In this document: piece after piece, positions 24,696 through 36,886 of the stretch | Layout of the letters: each line of letters opens with the position of its first letter | How positions within the stretch are numbered: the first letter of the stretch is position 1 | From: Calcarisporiella thermophila CBS 279.70 | Lineage: Eukaryota > Fungi > Calcarisporiellomycota | Direction: 5' to 3' | DNA: 64,000 nt | Assembly (NCBI RefSeq): GCF_041956535.1 | Contig: NW_027192193.1 | Coordinates: 281,288 to 345,287, forward strand | Made by a program: the position numbers and the translations under genes | Notes under the pieces: generated by a model | What the model was told of the DNA's origin: nothing | The model's input: only the letters and a program-made list of their open reading frames with translations | Databases searched by the model: none

Positions 24696-25894
24696 CTTAT
24701 AAATGACACTATCAAGGCAAATGGATGAGAACGGGATCGGATAATGGGCGTGGACACGGAGCGAGCGCCGCAATGAGCAATGGCAGTAGAGCAAGAGTCG
24801 ATAGAAGATAGAACAGGACGAGTTTCTATACCAAAGAGAAGAGCGTAGGCACAAATCCCATGGGGAAAAAAAGCAAAAACAGGTTTGTCTGCCCTGGCCT
24901 CCTCCTGCAAGTGGCGGCGTTAGAACTTTTTATATTTAGATTGAGTAGTAATTTTTCAGCAAAGAAAATGGACCACCGCGCAGATAACAGGGTATTTTCT
25001 TATCGACGGCGAGTTGAGGGCGGCCAAATCGAGGGTGGAGGATGGGCAAATTTTTTCCCTCGAATGCGGGCAGGCATGATTCATATTGGACACTTGCATA
25101 TTAAATCCTGGCGTAAATTAAAGATCGGTCGAAAATCATCCAGGTATCGCATCCTATTCAGAATCCCCATATCGCAATACTCCCATCCACAACCTAATTC
25201 TAGGTGCTGTGCTTTAAACTCTAAGCCTGGGCTTCGCACGATTTGTTCTCTTGCCTATTGAGTGCCGAGGAATTTTTCGACCTAGGTTTGCTCGTAATAC
25301 CATGGCTCAGAGCTGTCTGATTCCACGGCTCTAGCAACAACCAGAGTCGTGTGCCAATCTTGGGCGATAAGGATGGTATCTCTGGGCTCTAGAGCAAATG
25401 CGAGCAAAGGAATGGCTTGGACTCTCATACGAACTGTTTGCTTTATACATAGGGGTGCAGAGAATTCAGCAGATTCATGTATTCCTCTGCGGCTTAAGTA
25501 ATTCTTCTGAACTCGTGTGCTAGAGCACTCTGATATCAACGCGGAGAGGGGTGACGATAACTTGGTTAGGTCTTGGAGGGTGCCTGAGCCCTGCTCCACA
25601 TGGAGCTAGAGGGGTAGAGCACTACCGAGCTCACTCGGCAACTTCCGGGGATTAGGGTTAAAGGATACGGAGGCTTTAATTATGTGCCCTGAAAGCACTC
25701 CCGAAGTCGATTGCATATTAATAGGTTGTAATTTTAACTGTATGCCGGAGAGATGGAACGATGAAATATCCTGTACCTCGGCAGAAATTTGTGACTGTCA
25801 GGTCGGATACTCATCATGGGGGGCTTTTCACGTATACATAGATTTGCTTACTGAGTAGGAAGACTTTCAACCCTGAAATCGGTTTAGTCTGTGG

Positions 25895-27262
25895 ATGCGC
25901 AGTATAGGCGAGCTTGTTGTAGTGGCAATTAAAGGCCGCCATCTTCCCAACCGAGAGCTTATTGGCAAGCAATCGCCTTACATTGTTTTCACCCTTGGCA
26001 CTATCACTAAGCGAACACCTGCCGATCGACGCGGTGGACAAACTCCCACTTGGGATACCCAAGTTAATCTCCCAGTACCCGAAGGCAAATCTACCCTCCA
26101 AATACAGTGTTGGGACGAAGACAGAGGGAAAAATCACGATTTGATTGGAGAAACTGTGGTCGATATTACAAAAGCTCTTAAAGAAGGAGAGTGGGACGGT
26201 AAGCGTGAATTGGCTCATGATTAGCTGAAGAATGGCTAATGCCCTTCTTTTTCTTTAGATTGGTTCGATCTACAGTATAACAAGCGGCCAGCTGGCCAAA
26301 TCTATTTGGAACTTACATTTTATTCTGCCACCCCGCCGGCTAATCCCCCCACTCGACAGCAAAAACGCTTAGCAAACCCAATCCCCCCTCCACTCTCAAT
26401 GTCTGCGCCATATCCACCCGCTCCTACCCCTGCCTCTGCTACATCACCTTCCAACCACCACCCTCCTTCTAGACCACCTGTTCCCCCACCTCCGCCCCCC
26501 CAGCAGCAGGGAGCAGCCCGACCTCCTTCGACCAACCCCAGCTTCCCCTCTGGGCCTAACCCTCCGAAAAATCCGCAGCACCGTTACTCCATGCCACTGC
26601 CTTCTCCTGGCACTATTAACCCCATGCGACCTCTCTATCCACTCCACCCTGTTCCCGCGTCTCCTCCATCCTCAGTTTATCCCCCGCAGCCTATTAGCGC
26701 TAGTTCTCCCCCCCCCCAACCACAGACTCTGGGAAGCCCAACCGTCAACAGACCTCCCCGCCCACCTGGAGGATTTGTTCCCCCCACTCCTGCTCCTGTT
26801 CCCGCCCTGTTGACTCAGCCATATCGGCCACCACCGTCGCCTGCCGTGATGCCGGCGTATCCCTCCCAAATGTATCCCTCGCCCGAAGTAGTGATGGGCC
26901 AACCGCCCAACCAGTACCCAATGCAGATGCCTCACTCTGGTCATTTTGTGCAGCCAGGGGGATTCATCATCCCGCAGCGACATCCAGCCAATGCGGGCAT
27001 GTACATGCCTGATCCTCACTACGGCGGAGGCGCATATCCCCCTCATGCTCCACCTCAGGGTATGGGCTATCCAATGCCACCGCAGTCATCGCCTGCGGGA
27101 GGCTATCCACCTCCACCCCTGCAGCAACACCAGCCAATCTATCCTTCGTCTGGATATCCCCCGCAACCCTATGCAACCACGCCCGCACCTCCCCCCTCTC
27201 AACCGCCTCAAGGACAAGGAGGATATCCTCCTCTCTCACGCCATGCCTCTACCAAGTATTAA
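25895..27262 (+). CDS. C2-domain protein with Pro-rich tail (Fic1/Inn1-like architecture)
   Basis: GELVVVAIKGRHLPNRELIGKQSPY, GGQTPTWD, DLIGET, GEWD|DWFDL, GQIYLELTFY, then PxxP/YPP-rich tail; one intron. Confidence 0.85.
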
Positions 27263-27779
27263 CCAAATTTCTTCTCCTGTACTGTACTCAGTTTCTAAAG
27301 ACTCACCTATCTATTTCCATTTTTCTATATTTATTCTTTTCCCTATCGAATATTATTATCGTTTTTTTTCTCTTTTTTTTTTATTTTTATCTTTTTTGTG
27401 TGTAATAATGCTATTTCATCTTCACCTATTCTTATCTCTAACAGATTTATCACATGTTGTTATGGTTTAGATCTTGGTTTTCAGTGTTTTTCTTGGTTTT
27501 ACACTTCTCTCTTACTGTTCTATTGCCTATTAATACTATTCCGTATAATGAGCGAGCATGGAAAACTTTTCTGGGGTCACTATTCCCTTTTCTCGCATCT
27601 GCGGCGAAAAAAAAAGTGTTCCCATGCGGTTTTTCAATAAAGTAAAATATAAACAAGAAAATAAAGCGAAAAAAAAAAAATACAATACACTTCCAACCAT
27701 AGTAAACATAGGTATAATAAATAGTCGCCTAAATACAGAGGCATGAAGGAAGTACAAAAAGGCAAATACGAACAGCCCT

Positions 27780-28866
27780 CTATTCGTCACAAACCCGCAT
27801 TAGAAGTTCTCTAATATCCTCTCTTTCCATTCCGTACAGTAATGCCATTGAAACGAGGGAACGCACACCTTGAATCAAGAGAGGGCGAATTGCATCTCGC
27901 TGGTGTTCCAGACGATTATCGAGGCGTTTGTCAAAGTCGGCGAGAAGATGATGCATAGTGTTTATGTTAGTGTAAGATGGTTGAGCGGCAGTAGGATCGT
28001 ACGGCTGGTTTTTGGAACCAAGCGTGCGCTTAAGAAGACTGCTAAGCTCTGCTAAGGCCTCTGGAGATGGTTCATTATCCTCATCTGCCTCTGCCTCTGC
28101 CTCTGTCTCTGCTTCCCTCCGATTTCCATTATGCTGAGAGTCATGTTGAGGCGATATCCTTCCGGGAACCACGTCAACTTCGGCTATGGTATATTCGCTA
28201 CTTTCATTCAATGCATCGCGCGACTTGTCCACGCCTGTGTCTGCCGCCGTCGTGTCGTATTGATCCCAATAGGAATCTTCATCGTCCGGATCTGGCTCCC
28301 TTCGCGATGGCTCAGAAGTATGCCCTTCCACATTGTTCAAATAGCGCGACCAGTAAGAATCATCCTCTTCTTCATCTTCTGACACGGCCGCATTCTAATG
28401 AAAAATCATCACTTATCGATATCGGCGCATCTTTCAAGGATGATGTCTTTATTATTACCTTTGCAGTAGGATTGGTCACTTCAAACCCGCCTTCCCTTAC
28501 ATCCCAATATTTCCACTCGCCATCCTCGCCCGTTTCCTGCACACCTTCCTCCCACACCAGTATTAAACAGCACCCACCAATTTCAAAACGAGCCTGCTTT
28601 GTCTCTACATCGACGTTTACCTCCTTAGGTCCTTTCAACTCCACTTCCGCAGGCAAGTCTCTAATGATCTCTGGGGCACGATCAGGGTTCAGTTGGACAT
28701 GGGCAGCAAAATCGGAATCTTCTTTCGGACGGAGAAAAAAGAGTCGCTGGCGAATGGCTTTAGCAAGGAGTGGCGCGAGGAGAGGAAGAGATGAAGCCCG
28801 AATTGCTTGAAGAGCGCAAAGGGCAACAGCACGAGGATCTTTCAGATTAAGCTGACCGTCGGCCAT
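27780..28866 (-). CDS. Uncharacterised acidic protein with two D/E-D-S-Y-W motifs
   Basis: Intron 28395-28458 joins ORFs 28372..29037 and 27780..28385 in frame (PTAK|NAAVSEDEEEDDSYW). Confidence 0.7.
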
Positions 28867-29129
28867 TCTACTCCCTGGGTGATCAAGAAAAGCCCTGCTG
28901 GAATTAAGGAGGATTTGGGTAAGGAAGTCAAGAGTAGCGAGACGAAAAATTGCATAGTCCTTCACAATAGACGTCACGTGCACCTTCTTTGCGGAAGCAT
29001 TGTTTATTTTGCTCCAGCATCCTCTTGCTTGTCCCACGAGTCTCCGTCAATACATTGGCTTATCAACTGGCAGTGTGGGAGAAGACATATTCTCATTTGT
29101 GTGGAGTTCTGGTATTTGATTCAACGAGA

Positions 29130-29330
29130 AAAAGATTGAATATCGGTCCATGCATCGATAAACCGAAATGGAAAAGGTTTAATCACCAGGATCTTTACAG
29201 GCTCTTCGGTGGTCGATTCACTCGATATTTCGGTTCATGGAGAAGTTTACCCAACCCATTAATTCAAGTGGATGGTGTACCTGAATGTAAGGGCTTGAAA
29301 TAATTGATGCCTCCAAAGAATGGCTATCCA
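29130..29330 (+). mobile_element. Degenerate chromovirus (Ty3/gypsy) integrase C-terminus: GPF module and chromodomain start
   Basis: With frameshifts reads NIGPC...LYRL...IHSIF...PNPLIQVDGVPEC..EIIDAS, resembling GPF...YRL..IHPVF...PP.I.VDG..EYEVE.I.D. Confidence 0.45.
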
Positions 29331-29367
29331 ACCGTCCTATATCTATGTTTCTATGCCACATTGAAGA

Positions 29368-29395
29368 TAATATGAATAATATGAATAATATGAAT
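29368..29395. repeat. Short tandem repeat, 9-bp unit (ataatatga) x3
   Basis: ataatatgaataatatgaataatatgaa read directly. Confidence 0.7.
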
Positions 29396-30827
29396 GCGAC
29401 TAGAGCGCAAGGTTATATTTGAACTATATCATTTCATTACAGGCACATTATGTAGGGCTTGGAAACTGCAGAATATTTAGGATTACAGATTGAGATTATC
29501 CTGCCCCTGCAGAAAGGCCTTGGAGTGTTGGTGAATTAATGAAAACTGTTAAACTGTTAAACAAAACTCATTCTGTGCCGACAATTTGGTTCCGTCTGTA
29601 TCTCAAAAGCAATAAGTGGAGTGGGCTTTTATTGAAATAAAAAAAATCTTAAGATTAAAATTGGTAACCCAACTGTCAACAGTAGCGGCTCCATACATTG
29701 CTCCCCTTCTCGTCCCTGACAGATCATACTGACACCGGCATTAGTAAAGGGTATAATAATCACCAAGATTAAACTATTTTCTCTGCTTTAAAAAAACAGC
29801 ATAAATGACATTTAGGTTTCGACAAAATGACCCTAGAAACGATGGGCAAGCACTAATTTATTGTAGTAAAGTATCGCTCTTTTTAAACTAAAGCTAATAT
29901 ATCACAATAGTAAAAGCATAGACATTACAAGCGTATAAGCGTAATATAACAGGGCTATAGATACATAAAACAAAAGGGTCTCAAGATACCAACGCTATTA
30001 TCACAGAATGGCCATGTTGACCGGATCGATTGTCCCATCAAATAACACTTGTGAATGAGGCGATCTCCATCCTATATCTTCTCCAGATAATAGGAAATTT
30101 GTTTCACATTCAGCAGGTAGAACCGATTTTAGCGGTTTCGGCTCTTCGATCTTATAACCTTCGTCTGTAATCAATAGATACTTGTAAAGGGGAAGTGAAA
30201 ATACATCAATCACTTTCCAGTTAGATGACGCAGCTGGGAATCCTTCAAGTATGCGCCGCTTGGAATAGAATGCCAATATCCTCCTTTGTGCTGGAGTTTG
30301 CCACAGGTGAATGCGATTGCTAAGATGGAAATACCGCATTCATCCAGGGGCCTGAGAAAATATGATAAGCTCTAATGGACGGGTGTCTTCTACGGGAATC
30401 AAACCCGCAACCTAGATACTCAGCTCTAGGGCTATTGTTATTTAATTTCTTTACCTTGTTAGGAGAATCTTTATTAAAAAGTATCCTTTTTCGTTCTTAA
30501 TAAAGGAGATTGGATTATTGATATTTTTGAAAGTTGGAGTTCAAATACTAATTTCAGAGGAATAATGTGGAGGCTCCAATTAGATTTCAATTTAATATCA
30601 ACTAACACTTAATATTAATACTACGATACATACGGGCTATTGATGCAAATGAATTTTAGCGATGCGAAATGCAAAATTCTCATCAATTGACGGGGAGTTT
30701 CTTCATCTGCGGCGCTGGAAACCAGCGGATGGATCCAAGATGAAGAAAGCGGCGTAGAGCGAGGTGCCTTGCGGAGCCCCCTTACCTCACCGAATTTTGA
30801 CCAGGCAAGGTGCTGCCTAAGCGCTGC

Positions 30828-33800
30828 ATGATTATGGCTTTGGAGAGTTTCCCAATGACTTCAAATGGAAAAATCGATAAAGCCAAATTGAAGGAGACTT
30901 TACACCAAACTCCAAAGAGCCGCCAGCTACCTATTAATGACAAACAAAAACTAGTCATCAGCCTTATGTCATCCATTCTTAACATCGACGCTGAAATGAT
31001 TGATCTTAACTCCTCGTTCTTTGCACTTGGAGGCGATTCCATCTCTGCCATTGCATTGGTGTCTGCTTTCCGACGAAATGGTCTCTATCTAACCGTACCA
31101 CAGCTGTTCAAGGCAACCACTCCTGCAAGATTGGCTTCTATTGCTCAAGAGAAATCCGAAAAGCCTGCCTACTCCTCCGAAGCCGTAGTTGGCAACATCA
31201 CACTCGCTCCAATTCAGCACATGTTCTTTGAAAGAACTGGATTGGATCACTACAATCAATCCTATCTCGGATTTATATTCGGCTTCAGCCAACACATCGA
31301 ATTTGACCTCTACAAGAAAACAATTGTCAGCATTATCAAACACCATGACATGCTCAGAGCAAGCTACTCCAAAGGCAAAGACGGCACGTGGAGACAAACC
31401 GTTCTCGAGACGGACGCATTTGCAATCAATGCACACCACATCAGCTGTAGTAGCGAAGACGAACTCAAGGAACAAGTCAAGCAGCTAGCTTCAACCTTCG
31501 ATATTGAGAGAGGCTTGGTCCACTGTGCAGTTCTTTTCGAGGTATGTAAACCCTTGTGTATTGTATGAGGAAAAATGCCAATCTTCTTCATATATTGCTA
31601 TTGCAATTATCAAGATTGGTTATAAGCAGAGAGTATGCTTCATTGCTCATCCGCTTGTTGTTGATCGCCATTCGTTAAATATCATTTTGGAAGATCTCGA
31701 AGAGTCGTTGCAAGGAGGAGAGGCATACAAGACCAAGATGACAGCTTTCCGCGAATGGGTATCATGGCAAGAGAACCAGGCAACTTTGTTCGATCCCAAG
31801 GAATGGGAGCGGCATCTCAGTAGCATTGGCACGGCATTCATACCAAAGGGGAACGACCAAAGGTAACATTATTTTTTGCATAAAGGTGAAGTCTACAGCT
31901 CATATGATTTTTGGATTATATTCTAGCAAACATCAAGTGTCCTCGCACAAAATCAATGCGTCAGCATCCAACCTTCTTGGAAAAGCCATTGAAGTATACC
32001 GAACCAGCGCACATGAACTAATTCTGTGCGCTCTTCTACTGAGTTACTCGGAAGTAACAGGACAGACCATGCTTCCATTGAATATTGAAGGCAATGGGCG
32101 TAAACTCAGCGGCAGTTACCATGACTTCTCAAGGACAGTTGGTCAATTCACCACAATATTCCCCACTACTTTGTCCACTGCAAGCACTCATCCACAGGAG
32201 ACCATAATCAAGAATGTCAAGTCTCTTCTGCGTACAATCCCGAATGGGGGCGTGTCTTATGGAGCACTGAAATACCCTGCATCTTCAACCGAATCAACCA
32301 AAGCCATTAAAGAGCACTCTGCAAGTCCAATATATTTCAAGGCGTATGAAAATATTCTTACATTGAATAATGCATCCGCCTCCTTCATTTCCAATGAACA
32401 AAGCAATTCCCCCGATGGAGAGACGAGCTCTCATCTGAACATTGAATATGCCTTCGATACCAATGGGTGTCTTGATCTGATCTTCAGCTTTAACCATGCT
32501 TCATTCGATGCAAATATCCTGGATCAGTGGGGAAGCAAGTGGGTGAGAGCAATGGAGGGGTTCATCGAGCACTGCTGCGATCCCAACACTTCCGGTGACA
32601 TCGCAACTTGCGATTTCAGCCTATTGACGGATCCCTCTCTTGCCAGAGAGTTTGAGATGGTGCATCTGCCGTCTTTACAACTCAAGCCAAGAGATGTGGA
32701 AGATATCTATCCTGCAACTCCTCTGCAAACTAGCTTCATCTCGGCATTGGCTAGGAATCCTCGGTCATATATGGTTCCATCTATATATGATATCGTAGGC
32801 GAATTCGATGCACTACGTGTGAAAAAAGCATGGGCCAAAGTTGCTGCTGCAAACTCTATTCTTCGTACGGTATTTGTATCCACCACGGAAGGCGTCTTTC
32901 AAATTGTTCTCAGATCTGCTCCCGACGTGCCGGTAGAAACTGTTGAGTGGAACGTGGATGAATTTGACAAGCTTCAAAATGATTTTGTCCTTGCAGATAG
33001 TCGTCGCGGTTTCAGTTTGAACGATATTAAATTTACCAGATTCACAGTTGCTCGTTTCAAAGGCAGAGATCATTATCGACTCTTCATGACAATGCACCAC
33101 TCAATTATAGACGGGTCATCAGTACCACTACTTCTAAACGATGTGTTGAGTGCGTATTCAGGCGGAGAGATTGTGTATCGGCCTTCTTTCAAGACCCATG
33201 TTGAGTCTATTTTATCAATCAATGAAGATGAAGTCAAATCCTATTGGAAGTCAGTATTGGATGGAGCGACCGTTCCGGACAATTTAAATAGCCTAAATGA
33301 GGATGCTGATCTCGAAAATGCTGACACTGATTATAAGATATACAAGCTAAAGGTACAAGTTGATCAATTTTTGCACCACTGCAAAACCTTTGGTATTACC
33401 GTTTCCAACTATCTACGTGCTGTATGGGCAATTGTTCTGCGTCACTTTACGCGATGTGATGACGTTATCTTCGGGTGCATTATTAATGGTCGCGACGGAG
33501 ATATTAACGATTCTACAAGGTTTGAATGAACTCTCTCTGACAATATAATTCCAAAATAACATAAAAATTGTGACTTGTTTCTAATCTGTTTCCTAACAAC
33601 GATAGGATCATTGGAGCCCTAATCAATACCATACCCATCAGAACTGTGCTGAACGATAAAATGACAATAATCGATTTAGCGCAGGCAATGCAGGATTACC
33701 AAATCTCCTCAGCCCCTTACAGTCAAGTTTCGCTTTCAGATATCAAACACTGGACAGGCTTACCCTGGACTCAAGAGATGTTCCCCACCATCTTCTCTTA

Positions 33801-36800
33801 TCAATACTTCAAGAAAGCTGAAGAGGAAAGTGATATAAGCAAATTTGGATTCAAAATATCCGAAACGGAAGACGCTGTGGCTCTTATGGATCATTATACG
33901 ACTTCAGAGTATCCCCTGGCATTATCGATAAATGCACTAGATCCTCCTAGTGGTTATATTACCGCCAGCGCCCTGTTTAACACCGACAAGATTGGACCAA
34001 AAATGGTGGATAGAATGGTATACAAATTCCATGAGATACTTCAGCTGACTTTAAGCAGTTCCTTGCAAGAAATGTCAACTTTATTAAAACTTAACGAGCT
34101 AACCTCTATGGATGAGTCAACCCTTTCTAAGATTAGCTTTGGAAAGGATGCTCCGCTTGTATATCGATGCCTTCATCACGGATTCGAATCATATGCAAAA
34201 AGGCAGCCTGATGTCATTGCTGTTGAAGACTCAAATGGAGAAATAATCACCTATAGCGAATTGAACTCTTGTGCCAATGCCCTTGCTCATGCCTTGCGCA
34301 AACATGGAGTAGCTCCCGGGAAAACTGTTGGTCTAGTCATCAGGCGATCGAAAGAGATGCTTGTTGGCATTCTTGGCATCCTCAAGGCTGGAGGTGCTTA
34401 TGTCCCAATTGATGCATCATTCCCAAGGGATTGAATAGATTTTATCTTGAACGATGCTTCATGCAAAGTAGTTGTGACAATGAAAGCAAATAGTAGTTCA
34501 CTTCCCATCAACGTAGATCGTAGGATATTACTGATAGACGACTACATCAAGTCCAAATTAGAAGATATCATAAAACCCGAGGATCTCTCGTCAAGCGATG
34601 ACCCAGCCTATGTGGTATATACATCAGGAACAACGGGTAAACCCAAGGGAGTACCAATTCATCATGGGGGTGCTGTGAACTGTATTCAGGATCTTATTGG
34701 TAGACTTAATTCCGAACCAGGAACTCTTCAAGCGCAATTTATGGCTGTTGGATTTGATGGCGCAATTTCAGAAATATTCTCGTGTTTTACGAGCGGTGGT
34801 ACTCTTTTACTTCGCTCGGATGATGATTTACTGGGATCTCTGAACAAAGTACAATCTTTAATCATTACACCAACTGGACTACAACATATAGAACCAAAGG
34901 ATGTTCCGAATCTTCAAGTAGTGACATTGGTTGGTGAACCAGTGTCGCGAGCGCTAGCTGAAAAATGGCTACCTCATGTTAGGCTCTTTAATGGCTATGG
35001 TCCTACAGAAACAAAATTAGGCGCCAGTATACAAGAGCTCGAGAGTGGGAAGAAAATTGGGGTTGGTCGCCCCTTCAATAATATGTCATATTATGTACTA
35101 GATCACAATTTGAAGAAAGTTCCAATGGGTATTGTAGGTGAACTGTATATTGCTGGCGTTGGTGTTTCAAAGGGATATATTAATAGACCCAATCTCACTG
35201 AGGAGCGGTTTATTGAGAACCCTTTCATGCCAGGTAAAACAATGTACAAAACAGGGGACATGGTTCGGTGGAACCGAGATGGAAACTTGGAGATAATCGG
35301 AAGGACTGACGATCAAGTCAAATTAAATGGTTATCGCATAGAGCTCGACGAAGTTGCTTCTGTCATCAATGCACACCCTGGAGTCGAATTGGGGATTGCA
35401 CTAGTCAAAAACAACACGTTGATCGGATTTGTTTCGCCCGCCACCGTGGATACGGAAATGCTCAGAGACTCGCTATTTAATGTTCTCCCGGAGTACATGG
35501 TTCCTGCCAACATATTCGCCTTGGAGGGTATTCCGATGACCATCAATGGCAAGATTGATAAAACCAAATTGGAGGAGCTAGTTCATCGGGCTCAGAATCT
35601 TGACCTTCCTCTTACTGACATACAAACATTTGTTATAAATTGCTTTGCGTCAATTCTCAACATCGATGCCAACTCTATTAGTCTTCATACATCGTTCTTT
35701 GCTCTCGGGGGTGACTCGATTTCAGCCGTTGCACTAGTGTCTGCTCTCAGTAAACATGGATTTGATCTTACTCTGCCTCAAGTATTCCGAGCACTTACAC
35801 CTGCAAGGCTAGCAGCTATTATGCAAATGAGGCAGACTAATCCAATCCAAGTCTCGAAAAATGTGGTTCAATCAGATACTGATTTTAAACGCTTAATTAT
35901 TAATCTTATGGCGGCAGTTCTCAAGGTGGACACTAACCAAATTGACTATGATACCTCTTTCTTCGCTCTTGGTGGCGATTCAGTTTCCGCTCGCTCCCTA
36001 ATATCTGCATTCCGTAAACACGGTCTTCCTATTACCCTTAAACAGCTATTTAAATCACCTACTCCAGCGAGTTTAATAGCCGAACTATCTTCTTCTTCGG
36101 AAACCATCACCAATCCTTTAGCTAATCATATGAGTATCTCCGACAACCAATACGCTCCTTTGAAACCCATTCGAATACTTTGTCTGCATGGCTCAGTTAT
36201 GAATGGAGATATCATGCGATTAAAAATGGCCACATTAGAAAATGTTCTCAATTCGTCCGTAACTTTTCATTACATAGACGCATGCTTTAATTCGACCTCT
36301 CCTTGTAAGTGTCAAGGTTTTCTGTTTGAACAACTATTATTTTCTAATTATAACTGTTTTTTTGTCTTTAGTGACCCAGGAAGTGCGTAAATTTTATGAC
36401 GGGTCTCTTTTGACTTGGCTCTCAACAAACCCCCCACAGGGCACACACTTGAGACGAGCCATTCATCACGTTCTCTCTTATTTTACTATTAACGGAAGAG
36501 TTGACGGCCTCCTTGGGTTTAGCGAAGGGTCGTGTATAGTCGAATTACTTGATCGTATGGCTGAGAGTGGAGAAATTCAAAGGCAATGGGATCTAAGCAT
36601 TCATATATCTGGTGCTTTACTAAATTTAATTCCTGAAAACGACTTTCTGCCTGCCAGATTGGCAAATGCAAAGACTTGCCCTCGTATATCGATACCTTCG
36701 GTTCATTGCCTGAGCCCTAAAGATGGCAACTACCAATGCAATTTGGATATCCGAGAACGTTACGATCCTGAATTGAGCCATTCTCTCGAACACGATCTTG

Positions 36801-36886
36801 GCCACACCATCCCTCAAAGCTTCAAGACGGCCCATCGTATAGGATCGCTGATACTGGAGGCAGCAAAGAAATGCCAAAAATTTTGA
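30828..36886 (+). pseudogene. Nonribosomal peptide synthetase, 5'-truncated, one in-frame stop: (A end)-T-E(degenerate)-C-A-T-T-FSH1 hydrolase
   Basis: A10 NGKIDK at the start; three FFALGGDS carrier motifs; E-like motifs; C motifs YPATPLQ and HHSIIDG; A motifs YTSGTTGKPKG, NGYGPTE, YKTGD, GRTDDQVK; FSH1 motifs LCLHG, GFSEG, GHTIP. Introns 31542-31614, 31863-31926, 33520-33605 and 36305-36371 all preserve frame; TGA at 34432-34434. Confidence 0.9.

Noticed and set aside
25260-25790. tgccgagg / cctcggca inverted motif and short ttaggg-like stretch
   Set aside because: Too short to distinguish from chance; no telomeric array
28372-28385. Apparent programmed frameshift between two overlapping minus-strand ORFs
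   Set aside because: Resolved by canonical intron 28395-28458
30001-30339. 112-aa minus-strand ORF upstream of the NRPS
   Set aside because: No motif recognised and not NRPS-like; may be a decayed gene or TE but unsupported
30481-30490. GTATCCTT U12-type 5' splice site motif
   Set aside because: Intergenic, with no flanking exons identified
34432-34434. Selenocysteine or A-to-I-edited stop in the NRPS
   Set aside because: The homologous residue is Arg (CGA), not Cys or Trp; no SECIS recognised
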